Below, piece by piece: positions 8,336 to 16,870 of a stretch of 29,660 nt of DNA. How positions within the stretch are numbered: the stretch's first letter is position 1; each line of letters starts with the position of its first letter. Origin of the DNA: a bacterium (lineage in GTDB: Bacteria > Sysuimicrobiota > Sysuimicrobiia > Sysuimicrobiales > Kaftiobacteriaceae); NCBI GenBank assembly GCA_044868695.1, contig JBIOWP010000040.1:1-29660 (forward strand), read 5' to 3'. Made by a program: the position numbers and the translations under genes. Below the pieces are notes generated by a model that had not been told where the DNA came from, made no database searches, and saw only the letters and a list, made by a program, of their open reading frames with translations.

Positions 8336-9577
8336 ATGAGCGGATCGGTGGCTCTCAACGTCAGCCGTGACGGCGTCCGCCGGTTTCTGCTCGACGCGCA
8401 GGACCTGACCGACGATCATCACTACGCGCCGGAACGCACCGCCACGCCCGCGAGCGTACTGAAGCAGATCCGCCGGTTGGAAGCCGTGCAGCTGGATCCT
8501 GTGTCCGCCGTCGAGCGCAACCAACATCTGGTCCTCGCCGCCCGCGTCAGCGGATATGCGCCGTCGCTGCTGGAGCGGCTGCTGACCCAGAAACAGATCT
8601 TCGAGTATTGGGGGCATGCCGCCTGTGTCTTCCCCATGGAGGACTACCCCATTTTCGAGGGTAAGCGGCGCCGGGACCGCGCCAGGATGGCTTCCGACAT
8701 TGATGAGATCACGCGCGCCGTCAGGGCGGTGCTCGGGGAGCTGCGAAGGCGCGGGCCGCTGCCCGCCCGCGCCTTCGCCTCCGGGGAGCGCATGCGGGGC
8801 TGGTGGGACATCCGCGGGCCGCGCACCAAGACCACGTCGCACGCGCTCAACCTGTTGTGGTACACGGGCCGGGTGATGGTCGTCCGCCGCGACGGGCTCG
8901 AGCGTTCCTTCGACCTCCCCGAACGCGCGGTGCCGGCGGCGGTGCTGCGCCGCGCTCGAGAGATCGACCCCGCCGAGGCCGACGACGCGCTGCTCCTCAA
9001 GTACATGCGCGCCCACCGCGTCTTCGACCTGGGTGAATGGGCGTTTGGCTGGCGAAAGATTTCGATCGCGCAGCGGCGAACGGCGGTCGCGAACCTCGTG
9101 CGCGCGGGAACGGTCGTGCCGCTGGCGGTCGACGGGAGCCGCAGGCCGTACTTTATACTGGCCGAGGACGAGGACCGGCTGCGCCGCCATGCGCGCGCGT
9201 CGCGCGAGTCCGCTCCCGGGGAGGGGCCCATCCGGTTCCTCTCGCCGCTCGACAACCTGCTGTGGCGGCGCGAGCGCCTTGCCGACTGCTTCGGGTTCGA
9301 CTACACCTGGGAGGTCTACGTGCCCGCCGCCAAACGGAGATACGGCTACTACACCATGCCGGTCCTGGCAGGCGGCCGCCTCATCGGGCGGATGGACCCG
9401 CGCCTGGACCGGGACCGTCACCGTCTCATCGTGAACTTCCTCCACCTGGAACCCCGTGTCGCCGTCACCCGGCGGCTGCGGGAGGCGCTGCACGCCGCGC
9501 TGGATGGGTTCGCCCGCTTCCACGGGGTGTCTGAGGTGGTCGCCGCGCGCACACGGCCCGCCGCCCTGCTCCGCTGA
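8336..9577 (+). CDS. YcaQ/AlkZ-family (HTH_42) DNA crosslink-repair glycosylase
   Basis: QLDPVSAVERNQHLVL (QxD catalytic motif of the YcaQ type), FEYWGHAAC, FLSPLDNLLWRRERL, YTWEVYVP, RRYGYYTMPVL. Start at 8336 or 8297. Confidence 0.92.
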   Translation: MSGSVALNVSRDGVRRFLLDAQDLTDDHHYAPERTATPASVLKQIRRLEAVQLDPVSAVERNQHLVLAARVSGYAPSLLERLLTQKQIFEYWGHAACVFPMEDYPIFEGKRRRDRARMASDIDEITRAVRAVLGELRRRGPLPARAFASGERMRGWWDIRGPRTKTTSHALNLLWYTGRVMVVRRDGLERSFDLPERAVPAAVLRRAREIDPAEADDALLLKYMRAHRVFDLGEWAFGWRKISIAQRRTAVANLVRAGTVVPLAVDGSRRPYFILAEDEDRLRRHARASRESAPGEGPIRFLSPLDNLLWRRERLADCFGFDYTWEVYVPAAKRRYGYYTMPVLAGGRLIGRMDPRLDRDRHRLIVNFLHLEPRVAVTRRLREALHAALDGFARFHGVSEVVAARTRPAALLR

Positions 9578-9628
9578 ATCGAGACGCGCCGCAAGAGTAG
9601 GACCCCTCTTCCCGCAGAGAGAAGCCCG

Positions 9629-10828
9629 ATGGGCATGGAGTCGACGCTCGTCGAGTGGGTGAGTCTCCTCCTGCGCTGGATCCACGTGATCGCGGGGATC
9701 ATGTGGATCGGCGATTCGCTGCTGTTCATGTGGATCGACAGCCACCTCTCCCCCGACCCAGAGGGCCGGACCGATGTGGCCGGCGTCACCTGGCTCATCC
9801 ACGGAGGCGGGTACTACCACCTCGAGAAGCGTCTCCTGACTCCCGGCAGGCTCCCGCCGCGGCTGCGGTGGTTCTGGCTGGAGGCGACCAGCACCTGGCT
9901 GTCAGGCGTTCTGCTGCTGATCCTCATCTACTACATGAGCGCGGACGCGTTCATGATCGACCGCAGCGTCTCCGCGCTGACCAGGGGACAGGCGATCGCG
10001 GCCGGGGTTGGGATGATCGCCGGCGGCTGGCTGCTCTACGATGGGCTGTGGCGCACGGACCTGCGGCACCGGCCAGTGTTCGCCGCGTCTCTGTCTCTCG
10101 CCGCGCTGGCCGCATTCGCCTACGCCGCGACACACTTGCTGAGCGCGCGCGCCGCGTTCCTGCACGCCGGCGCGATGCTGGGCACGCTGATGGCGGCCAA
10201 CGTGTGGGTACATATCCTGCCGCCGCAGTACCGGATGGTACAGGCCGCGCGCGAAGGGCGGGAGATCGATTACACGCTCGGGGTGCACGCGAAGACGCGG
10301 TCGACTCACAACACCTACCTGACCTTCCCCGTCATCTTCCTGATGATCAGCCAGCACTTTCCCGTGGTGTACGCGGCACGGCCGGCCTGGCTCGTCCTCA
10401 CGCTGTTCTTCGTGGTCGGCGCGGGAGCGCGCCATCTAATGCTGGCGGGGATCCGCGCGGCGAAGGGAACCGCGGCCGCCACCGCGGCGGCGCTGTCCGC
10501 CCTGATCTACCTCACCGCCCTGCCGGCGCTGTCCGCCCGACCCCCCGCCGCACCGGCGGGACTCGCGCCGGCATTTGTGGACGTCCGCGCGGTTCTCGTC
10601 CAGCGCTGCGCCGTGTGCCATTCCGAAACGCCGGTGATGCCGGGGTTCATCGCCCCGCCGGGGAACGTTCGCATGGACACCCCGCAGCAGATCCGGGCGC
10701 TGGCGGGCCGCATCCGCGCGCGCGCGGTGGAACAGCAGACGATGCCGCCTGGAAACGTGACCTCTCTCACCGACGATGAGCGCCGGCTGATCCAGCGCTG
10801 GATCGACGCGGGGGCGGCGATCCGGTAA
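9629..10828 (+). CDS. puuD: Urate hydroxylase PuuD (membrane domain plus C-terminal cytochrome c)
   Basis: LRWIHVIAGIMWIGDS, HGGGYY, WLEATSTWLSG, GTLMAANVW, RSTHNTYLTFPVIFLMISQHFP, heme motif CAVCH and distal MPPGN. Confidence 0.92.
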   Translation: MGMESTLVEWVSLLLRWIHVIAGIMWIGDSLLFMWIDSHLSPDPEGRTDVAGVTWLIHGGGYYHLEKRLLTPGRLPPRLRWFWLEATSTWLSGVLLLILIYYMSADAFMIDRSVSALTRGQAIAAGVGMIAGGWLLYDGLWRTDLRHRPVFAASLSLAALAAFAYAATHLLSARAAFLHAGAMLGTLMAANVWVHILPPQYRMVQAAREGREIDYTLGVHAKTRSTHNTYLTFPVIFLMISQHFPVVYAARPAWLVLTLFFVVGAGARHLMLAGIRAAKGTAAATAAALSALIYLTALPALSARPPAAPAGLAPAFVDVRAVLVQRCAVCHSETPVMPGFIAPPGNVRMDTPQQIRALAGRIRARAVEQQTMPPGNVTSLTDDERRLIQRWIDAGAAIR

Positions 10829-10904
10829 GGTCCGTCTGTCTAATCCTGCATCCGCCGGGGCATGCCTCCTGCATCCGACCCAGCGCGAACTGGAGGCGCC
10901 TGTC

Positions 10905-11567
10905 ATGTCAGCCACAAGCGCAACACCGCAGAATGAAGCGGCACAGTCGGTCGTCAAGTTCATCGTCCAGCAGATGCGGGCCGGGACGAGCAACTCGGTT
11001 ATCGCCCAGCGTCTGACGGAGATGGGCATCGATGCGGCGGAAAGCAGCAGAGTCGTCGACGCGGTGTCCTCGGAAGCCATCCGCGTCTCCCGGCAGGAGA
11101 AACCAACCGTGCCTGCAGTGCTCACCGGACTCATCGGCGGGACGCTGGTCGCCCTCATCAGCGGCGTTGCCTGGGGCCTCATTGTCAGCCGGATCGACTT
11201 CGAGATCGGGTTCATGGCGTGGGGCGTGGGCTGGCTGGCCGGCGTCGGCGTCGTCCTGTTTGCGCGCGGGAAAAAGGGCACGGCGCTCCAGGCCATCGCC
11301 GTCATCGCCAGCGTCGCCGGCATCGGACTAGGGAAGTATGTTCTCTTCTCTGAGATCCTGCGGAAGATCGTGCTGGAACGCTCCGGCGCCGAGGCGGCGG
11401 CCCGCGTCACGGTCCTGTCGGCGAAAGTCTTAGGGGTGTTCCTGCAGAGCCTGCCCCAGCTGCTGTCCCCGTACGACGCGCTGTGGGTGGTGCTGGCCGT
11501 CCTGACGGCCTGGCGCATCCCGAAGGGCCTCGGCATCAAGGCCCCCCCACAAATGATCGGCGGGTAG
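10905..11567 (+). CDS. Hypothetical membrane protein (small soluble N-domain, about 4 TM helices)
   Basis: 220-aa ORF, GGAGG RBS, hydrophobic Gly-rich helices, followed by a terminator. Confidence 0.82.
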   Translation: MSATSATPQNEAAQSVVKFIVQQMRAGTSNSVIAQRLTEMGIDAAESSRVVDAVSSEAIRVSRQEKPTVPAVLTGLIGGTLVALISGVAWGLIVSRIDFEIGFMAWGVGWLAGVGVVLFARGKKGTALQAIAVIASVAGIGLGKYVLFSEILRKIVLERSGAEAAARVTVLSAKVLGVFLQSLPQLLSPYDALWVVLAVLTAWRIPKGLGIKAPPQMIGG

Positions 11568-11590
11568 CACCGGTTCTTTCCAATCGTCCG

Positions 11591-11626
11591 GCGGGCTCCT
11601 GCGGTCTGGGAGCCCGCTCCGTTTTT
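11591..11626 (+). terminator. Intrinsic terminator
   Basis: GCGGGCTCC(11591-11599)/GGAGCCCGC(11609-11617) stem followed by TCCGTTTTT. Confidence 0.75.
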
Positions 11627-11714
11627 GCGGTCGTCCGCGACCGGGCGAGAGGAAGGCGGAACCCGCAAAGGGAACAATCCTGCAGCCCTCGGTGTGTCCA
11701 TCAGGAGGTGGCGT

Positions 11715-13193
11715 ATGCGCGCGCGAATGGCGATGGCTATTCTCGCGGTGGCCGTTCTTACTGGAACGCTGGTGGCGCTGGCGGCGGTCGGTATCATCGC
11801 CTCGCCTACTAACGACGACGAACTGCTGAAGGATGAGAAACACTTCCTCCAGCAGCTCAACACGACGTATGAAGGCGGGCAAAAGGCCGGTTCGGCGCTG
11901 AACATGGTCGTTGTCGGCCACAACGACCTCGCCGGCCGGGGCTTCAACGGAGACGTCTGGTACTACAAAGGCTTCGCCTACGTCGGGCACTGGGGGTTCA
12001 CCGACTGGGCCACCGGCAACCGGCGGTTCTGCCCGGAGCCGCCGAACAACGGGGTGGCGATCGTCGACGCCCACGATCCCGCCAGCCCCGTCGTGGTCGC
12101 GAAGCTGCTGAATCCCGACACGACGTCCGCCGAAGATGTGGTCGTGTACACGGCGCGGTATGGGCCGCTCGCGGGACGAGATATCGCCGCAGCCGGCCTG
12201 CAGGTGTGCGGCGGATCACGCTACGACGCGAGCCTCCCTAGGGGTCTGATGCTGTGGGACGTGACCGATCCTACTAACCCCCTCGAGCTCGGCTTCCTCG
12301 ATAGCGGCTGCTGCGCGCGCGGCGTGCACGAGTTCGAGGTCGAGCACCGGGCCGATCTGCGCCGGACCTTTGCGTACGCGACCGTGCCGGCGAGCGAGTC
12401 CCCGGATACGGGCACGATCAGCGGTGTCAGGGATCTCTTAAAGCGAGGGGACTTCCGGCTGATCGACATCACCGATCCGCGGCAGCCGGTGGAAGTTTCC
12501 AGCTGGGGCGTGACGCACGATCTCGGCGGCCCGCCGGCGGCCGGGCAGGGCTGCGACCCCGACCCCATTTTCGGCCACGGCGCCGAACCGTCGGACGACG
12601 GCAAGCTGGTCTTCGTGAGCTACTGGGACAGCGGGTTCATCGCGTTGGATGTGACCCACCCCGCCGCGCCGGTCTTGGTGGGTCGGACCGTGTACCCTGC
12701 CAGCGCCGACGGCGACGGACATTCCGCCAATTATGACGCGCAGCGGCGGTTGCTGTTCACCGCGGACGAAGACTTCTGCAAAGCCTCGGGGGCGGGCATC
12801 GAGAAGGGCTTCGGCTACCTGCGGATTTACGATTACTCGAACCTGAAGTCCCCGGTCCAGATCGGCGCCTACCGGACTCCGAACTCGCTGGGGACCGACG
12901 ACCAGGCCGCCGGCGACTACACGATTCACAACCCGTTCCTGGTCGGCACGGACGTGTACCTCTCCTGGTACACCGACGGCGTGCGGGTGGTCGATGCGCG
13001 CAACCCGCGTACGCCGAGGGAGGTCGCGTTTTTCGTCCCTCCGGCCGGGAAAAATCCGGTGAAACCTTCGCAGCGGGGAGTCCTGAGTAATACGACCCAG
13101 GTGTGGGGGGTCGTCGTCGATTCTGAGACCGGACTGATCTATGCGAGCGACATGAATACCGGGCTGTGGATTCTCCAGCGTACGGATCGATGA
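11715..13193 (+). CDS. Secreted LVIVD-repeat (beta-propeller) protein
   Basis: AGGAGG RBS, signal peptide, repeats GVAIVDAHDP, LMLWDVTDP, FRLIDITDP, FIALDVTHP, LRIYDYSN, VRVVDARNP; C-terminal IYASDMNTGLWIL. Confidence 0.88.
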   Translation: MRARMAMAILAVAVLTGTLVALAAVGIIASPTNDDELLKDEKHFLQQLNTTYEGGQKAGSALNMVVVGHNDLAGRGFNGDVWYYKGFAYVGHWGFTDWATGNRRFCPEPPNNGVAIVDAHDPASPVVVAKLLNPDTTSAEDVVVYTARYGPLAGRDIAAAGLQVCGGSRYDASLPRGLMLWDVTDPTNPLELGFLDSGCCARGVHEFEVEHRADLRRTFAYATVPASESPDTGTISGVRDLLKRGDFRLIDITDPRQPVEVSSWGVTHDLGGPPAAGQGCDPDPIFGHGAEPSDDGKLVFVSYWDSGFIALDVTHPAAPVLVGRTVYPASADGDGHSANYDAQRRLLFTADEDFCKASGAGIEKGFGYLRIYDYSNLKSPVQIGAYRTPNSLGTDDQAAGDYTIHNPFLVGTDVYLSWYTDGVRVVDARNPRTPREVAFFVPPAGKNPVKPSQRGVLSNTTQVWGVVVDSETGLIYASDMNTGLWILQRTDR

Positions 13194-13251
13194 TGCGGAA
13201 CTTCTTACGGATAACGCCGAGCGGCACGATCGGAGATAGCGTGGAAGGACC

Positions 13252-14376
13252 TCACAGGGGTAGCGTCAACCGCATCGTGGTCCCTCCTCCGGCTTCACTC
13301 TCCGCAGAGATCTCCCCTCCGTGCGCGGCAACAAGATTCTTGGCGATAGCGAGACCCAGCCCGCTGCCGCGCGAGTCGCGAGACTTGTAGAAGCGGTCAA
13401 AGACGTGTGGCAGCTCTTCGGGGGCGATGCCCTGGCCGGTGTCCGCGACGGACACGATCAACTCCCGCCGGGCACCGCCGCCGCCCGCGCGGCATGCCAC
13501 CCGGATCTGCCCGCCTCGCGGCGTGTAGCGCAGCGCGTTCGCGACGAGGTTCTCGAGCACCTGGCGGATGCGGAACGCATCCACGGCGACTACGGGTAGA
13601 TCGGGCTCCACATCCGCGACAAGCGTGATCGCCGCCTCGCCGGCCTGCCCCTGGAACGACGCAGCGGTCTCAGCGATCAGCGCCCCCAGATCCGTGGGGG
13701 CGCGGTCCAGCTTGAGCGCCCCCGCCTCTGCCAGCGCCAGCGTGTGCAGGTCTTCCACCAACCGGGCCAGCAGGCGGGTCTCCTCCAACACCGGCCCGAG
13801 GTGCGCGTCGTCCCGGGGATAGACGCCGTCCAGCAATCCTTCCAGGTTCCCCTGGATCACCGTGAGCGGCGTGCGCAGATCGTGCGAGATCTCGGCCAGC
13901 AGGCTGCGGCGGCGCTCGTCCGTCGCCCGCAGCCGGCTCACCATGGTGTTGAACGTGCGCGTCAACTCGCGCACTTCCGGCGGTCCCCCCTCAGGGATGC
14001 GGACGGAGTAGTCGCCTCCGGCGACTCGGGACGCCGCTTCCATCACATCGCCGATCGGCGCCGCGACGCGCCGGAAGGCGCGCCCGGCCATGATCGCCCC
14101 GAGAACGACCAGGAGCGCGAGCATCAGGCCGAATGGGCGGACCAGGAAGAGCGGATGGGGACCGCCCCCGGAAATCCCAGAGGCGATCCAGAACGCGACG
14201 GTCGACGCGGCGACGATCAGGAGAAAGAGGAACCCAAAGAACACCCCGATGCGCCAGAGGAACCGGCCCCGCATGCCGCGCCAGGCCCAGGGCGGGCCCA
14301 CCGGCGGCCACGGCTCGCCCTCCGGCCACCACGGCGGCCGTCGGTGAAACCCGTGTGGGTGTTTCGTCCAGGTCAT
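13252..14376 (-). CDS. HAMP-domain sensor histidine kinase (BaeS-like)
   Basis: Two TM helices, HAMP domain, H-box ISHDLRTPL, N-box NLVANALRY, DTGQGI, FDRFYK, GSGLGLAI. Confidence 0.96.
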   Translation of the reverse strand: MTWTKHPHGFHRRPPWWPEGEPWPPVGPPWAWRGMRGRFLWRIGVFFGFLFLLIVAASTVAFWIASGISGGGPHPLFLVRPFGLMLALLVVLGAIMAGRAFRRVAAPIGDVMEAASRVAGGDYSVRIPEGGPPEVRELTRTFNTMVSRLRATDERRRSLLAEISHDLRTPLTVIQGNLEGLLDGVYPRDDAHLGPVLEETRLLARLVEDLHTLALAEAGALKLDRAPTDLGALIAETAASFQGQAGEAAITLVADVEPDLPVVAVDAFRIRQVLENLVANALRYTPRGGQIRVACRAGGGGARRELIVSVADTGQGIAPEELPHVFDRFYKSRDSRGSGLGLAIAKNLVAAHGGEISAESEAGGGTTMRLTLPL

Positions 14377-15053
14377 TCTTCAGCAAGCCGGTAGCCGATT
14401 CCATAGACTGTCTGCAGATATCTCGGCTTGCGCGGATCGGGCTCCAGCTTACGGCGGATGTTCTTGATGTGCGCGTCGATCGCCCGCTCGTACGACTCAA
14501 ACGCCACCCCGTGCACCTGGTCGAGGAGCTGGCCGCGGGTGAACACCCGCCCGGGCTGCCGGGCCATCGCGAGCAGGAGCTGGAACTCCGTCGAGGTCAG
14601 CGAGACCGGCCGCCGCCCCGCGGTGACGCGCATGCGCGGCACATCGATGGTCAGCTCGCCCACGCGGATCGTCTCGGCACCGGCCCGCGCCGCGTCCCAA
14701 CGGCGCAGGACCGCCCGGACGCGCGCGACCAGCTCCTTCGGGCTGAACGGCTTCGTCATGTAGTCGTCGGCGCCCAGTTCCAGACCGAGCAGCTTGTCGG
14801 CTTCGTCCGCGCGCGCGGTGAGCATGATGATCGGCACCGCGGAGGTCTTGCGCAGTTCGCGCGCGACATCCAGCCCGTCCATTTTGGGCAGCTTCAGATC
14901 CAGCACGATCAGATCGGGCGCCGCCGACCGCGCCGACGCCAGCGCGGAGGGTCCGTCGCCGGCACTGTGGACCCGGAACCCCGCCCGCTCAAGGTAGTCG
15001 CGCGCGAGCTGCACGATCTTCGGTTCATCGTCAACGACAAGGATCGTTCTCAC
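14373..15053 (-). CDS. OmpR/PhoB-family response regulator
   Basis: ILVVDDE, LIVLDLKLP, GADDYMTKPFS, winged helix ending TVYGIGYR; GTG start at 15053 just after the upstream stop. Confidence 0.96.
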   Translation of the reverse strand: MRTILVVDDEPKIVQLARDYLERAGFRVHSAGDGPSALASARSAAPDLIVLDLKLPKMDGLDVARELRKTSAVPIIMLTARADEADKLLGLELGADDYMTKPFSPKELVARVRAVLRRWDAARAGAETIRVGELTIDVPRMRVTAGRRPVSLTSTEFQLLLAMARQPGRVFTRGQLLDQVHGVAFESYERAIDAHIKNIRRKLEPDPRKPRYLQTVYGIGYRLAEE

Positions 15054-15055
15054 AC

Positions 15056-15424
15056 TCAGGCCGTGCCCGTCTCCCCCTTCTCGCCCTTCTCCCCATGCGC
15101 CCGGCGATGCCATTCTTCGAATGTCGGAGGCGCCCCTCTGCCCCAGTGGCCGTATCCCCACCACGGGCGCCAGAACAGACCCTTCAGCAGGCCGAAGATC
15201 AGGAAGAAGAACAGCAGCGGGAACAGGAACCCAAAGAACCCGAAGCCGAACGGCCCGTGGTAGTACGGACCGTAGTAAGGATGGGGCATCACGCCCGGCG
15301 GGGGCGGGCTGATCTTCCCACTGTCGGCCATCCCGCGCGTCACCCCGGCGTTGTACGCGATCCCCGCCGCAGCGGCGGCCAGCACCAGTACCAGAACGAG
15401 CCCCAGCACACCTCTCATACCCAT
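15056..15424 (-). CDS. Small membrane protein leading the two-component operon
   Basis: GAGGTG RBS; two hydrophobic segments; aromatic/Gly/His-rich; FEEWHRRAH tail. Confidence 0.85.
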   Translation of the reverse strand: MGMRGVLGLVLVLVLAAAAAGIAYNAGVTRGMADSGKISPPPPGVMPHPYYGPYYHGPFGFGFFGFLFPLLFFFLIFGLLKGLFWRPWWGYGHWGRGAPPTFEEWHRRAHGEKGEKGETGTA

Positions 15425-15460
15425 CGCAGCTCACCTCACCGTGTGATCATGTTCACGCGT

Positions 15461-15514
15461 ATTGTCGTCTGAGAAGATGAATCGACTGTGAACGCTCCGC
15501 GCAGAGATTGTGGA
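15461..15514 (-). promoter_or_regulatory. Putative promoter and OmpR-type direct-repeat box for the two-component operon
   Basis: Minus-strand -10 GACAAT (15461-15466); TTCAT, TTCAC and TCCAC at 15477, 15488 and 15510 (multiples of 11 bp). Confidence 0.4.
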
Positions 15515-15515
15515 T

Positions 15516-15545
15516 TTGACTCCGTACGGACTTCTACGGTACAAC
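15516..15545 (+). promoter_or_regulatory. Putative sigma70 promoter of the DUF4032 gene
   Basis: TTGACT-N18-TACAAC, 18 nt upstream of ATG 15564. Confidence 0.45.
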
Positions 15546-15563
15546 TCGCAGTGAGCAGGTGCC

Positions 15564-16763
15564 ATGGACACGCAGGCGCAGGGTACGCGCGCATTTCATC
15601 TCCGCCCCGGCCATCCAGATTTCCTGGATCTGCCGTGGGACGACCCGCTGTCCGAGTGGGCCGACCGCAGCGAGCGGGTGGAGCGGCTGCCCATCGGTCC
15701 ATCGCGGCATCCCGTCATCTTCGTCAACTATGACGGACGGCTGTACGCATTCAAGGAACTGCCTCAGGAGATCGCGTCGAAAGAGTACGAACTCCTCCGG
15801 CAGATGGAGAGCCTCCGTCTGCCGGTGGTGACGCTGGTCGGGCATGTGCGTCTCCCCCGCGCGGACGGTCCGGTGGGGATCCTGATCACCCGCTATCTGG
15901 ATTACTCGCTGCCGTATCACGTGCTCTTCGTGCGGCGCAGCCTGATGCGCTACCGCGATCACCTGCTGGACACGCTGGCCGGCCTCCTGGTCCAGCTGCA
16001 CCTGGCCGGCGCGTACTGGGGGGACTGCTCGCTGTCGAACACGCTCTTCCGCCGTGACGCCGGCGCGCTGCAGGCCTACCTCGTCGACGCGGAGACGGCG
16101 GAGGTGCACCCGCAGCTCAGCGACGGGCTGCGAGAGCACGACCTGGACATTATGGAAGAAAACATCTACGGCGCGCTGCTTGATCTGGCCGCGATGTACG
16201 CGCTGCCTCCGGACTACCAGGTCACCGACGTGGGGATGGAAATCCGGCGGCGCTACCGCCGGCTGTGGCACGAGATCACCCGGGAGGAGCTCGTCCCATC
16301 AGGCGAACACTACCGGATCCGCGAACGCGTCCGTTCCCTCAACACACTGGGATTCTCGGTCGACGAAGTGGAGCTCAGCGCCGTGGACGGCGGCGAGCGG
16401 CTGCGGCTCCGGGCGTTTGTCGCCGACCGCAGCTTCCATCGCGACCTCCTGCACAGCCTGACGGGCCTGGAGGTGGAGGAATCGCAGGCCCGGCAGATGG
16501 TCAATGAGATCCAGGAGGTGAAGGCCACCATCGCCAGGACAGAAAACCGCAGCATCCCGCTCAGCGTCGCGGCCAACCGCTGGCTGAACGAGATCTATCT
16601 CCCGATCGTCGCCCGGCTCGAGGCGCTCGCCGATGATTACACACACCCGGCCGAACTCTACTGCCAGCTGCTCGAGCACAAGTGGTATCTCTCGGAGAAG
16701 GCCAGGCGTGACGTCGGCCATCAGGCGGCGCTACTGGATTTTGTGCGCCGGTTCAATGGCTGA
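15564..16763 (+). CDS. DUF4032 domain protein with Kdo/WaaP kinase-like N-terminal region
   Basis: FLDLPWDDPLSEW, GPSRHPV, LITRYLDYSLPY, YWGDCSLSNTLFRRDAGALQAYLVDAET, LLEHKWYLSE. Confidence 0.9.
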   Translation: MDTQAQGTRAFHLRPGHPDFLDLPWDDPLSEWADRSERVERLPIGPSRHPVIFVNYDGRLYAFKELPQEIASKEYELLRQMESLRLPVVTLVGHVRLPRADGPVGILITRYLDYSLPYHVLFVRRSLMRYRDHLLDTLAGLLVQLHLAGAYWGDCSLSNTLFRRDAGALQAYLVDAETAEVHPQLSDGLREHDLDIMEENIYGALLDLAAMYALPPDYQVTDVGMEIRRRYRRLWHEITREELVPSGEHYRIRERVRSLNTLGFSVDEVELSAVDGGERLRLRAFVADRSFHRDLLHSLTGLEVEESQARQMVNEIQEVKATIARTENRSIPLSVAANRWLNEIYLPIVARLEALADDYTHPAELYCQLLEHKWYLSEKARRDVGHQAALLDFVRRFNG

Positions 16764-16821
16764 AACGCGCCCCGCGGGCGAGGGGGCAGGAGTCATCTCG
16801 CACCGGCTCGAAGCGCCCACG

Positions 16822-16850
16822 TTGGACTGTCCCCCCATTCTGGCTATCGT
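16822..16850 (+). promoter_or_regulatory. Putative sigma70 promoter of the second peptide ABC operon
   Basis: TTGGAC-N17-TATCGT followed by AGGAGGAGG RBS and GTG 16871. Confidence 0.5.
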
Positions 16851-16870
16851 CATCTAGGAGGAGGCCACAG

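Noticed and set aside
11640..11700. c-di-GMP-I riboswitch-like fragment (GGAACCCGCAAAGGGAAC) before the LVIVD gene
   Set aside because: Only a small GCAA-capped hairpin; the GGCAAAC, GACGCAAAG and second-stem elements are missing.
15068..15096. Short 9-bp repeat encoding GEKGEKGE
   Set aside because: About three units in a low-complexity C-terminal tail; unrelated to the 645-789 array.
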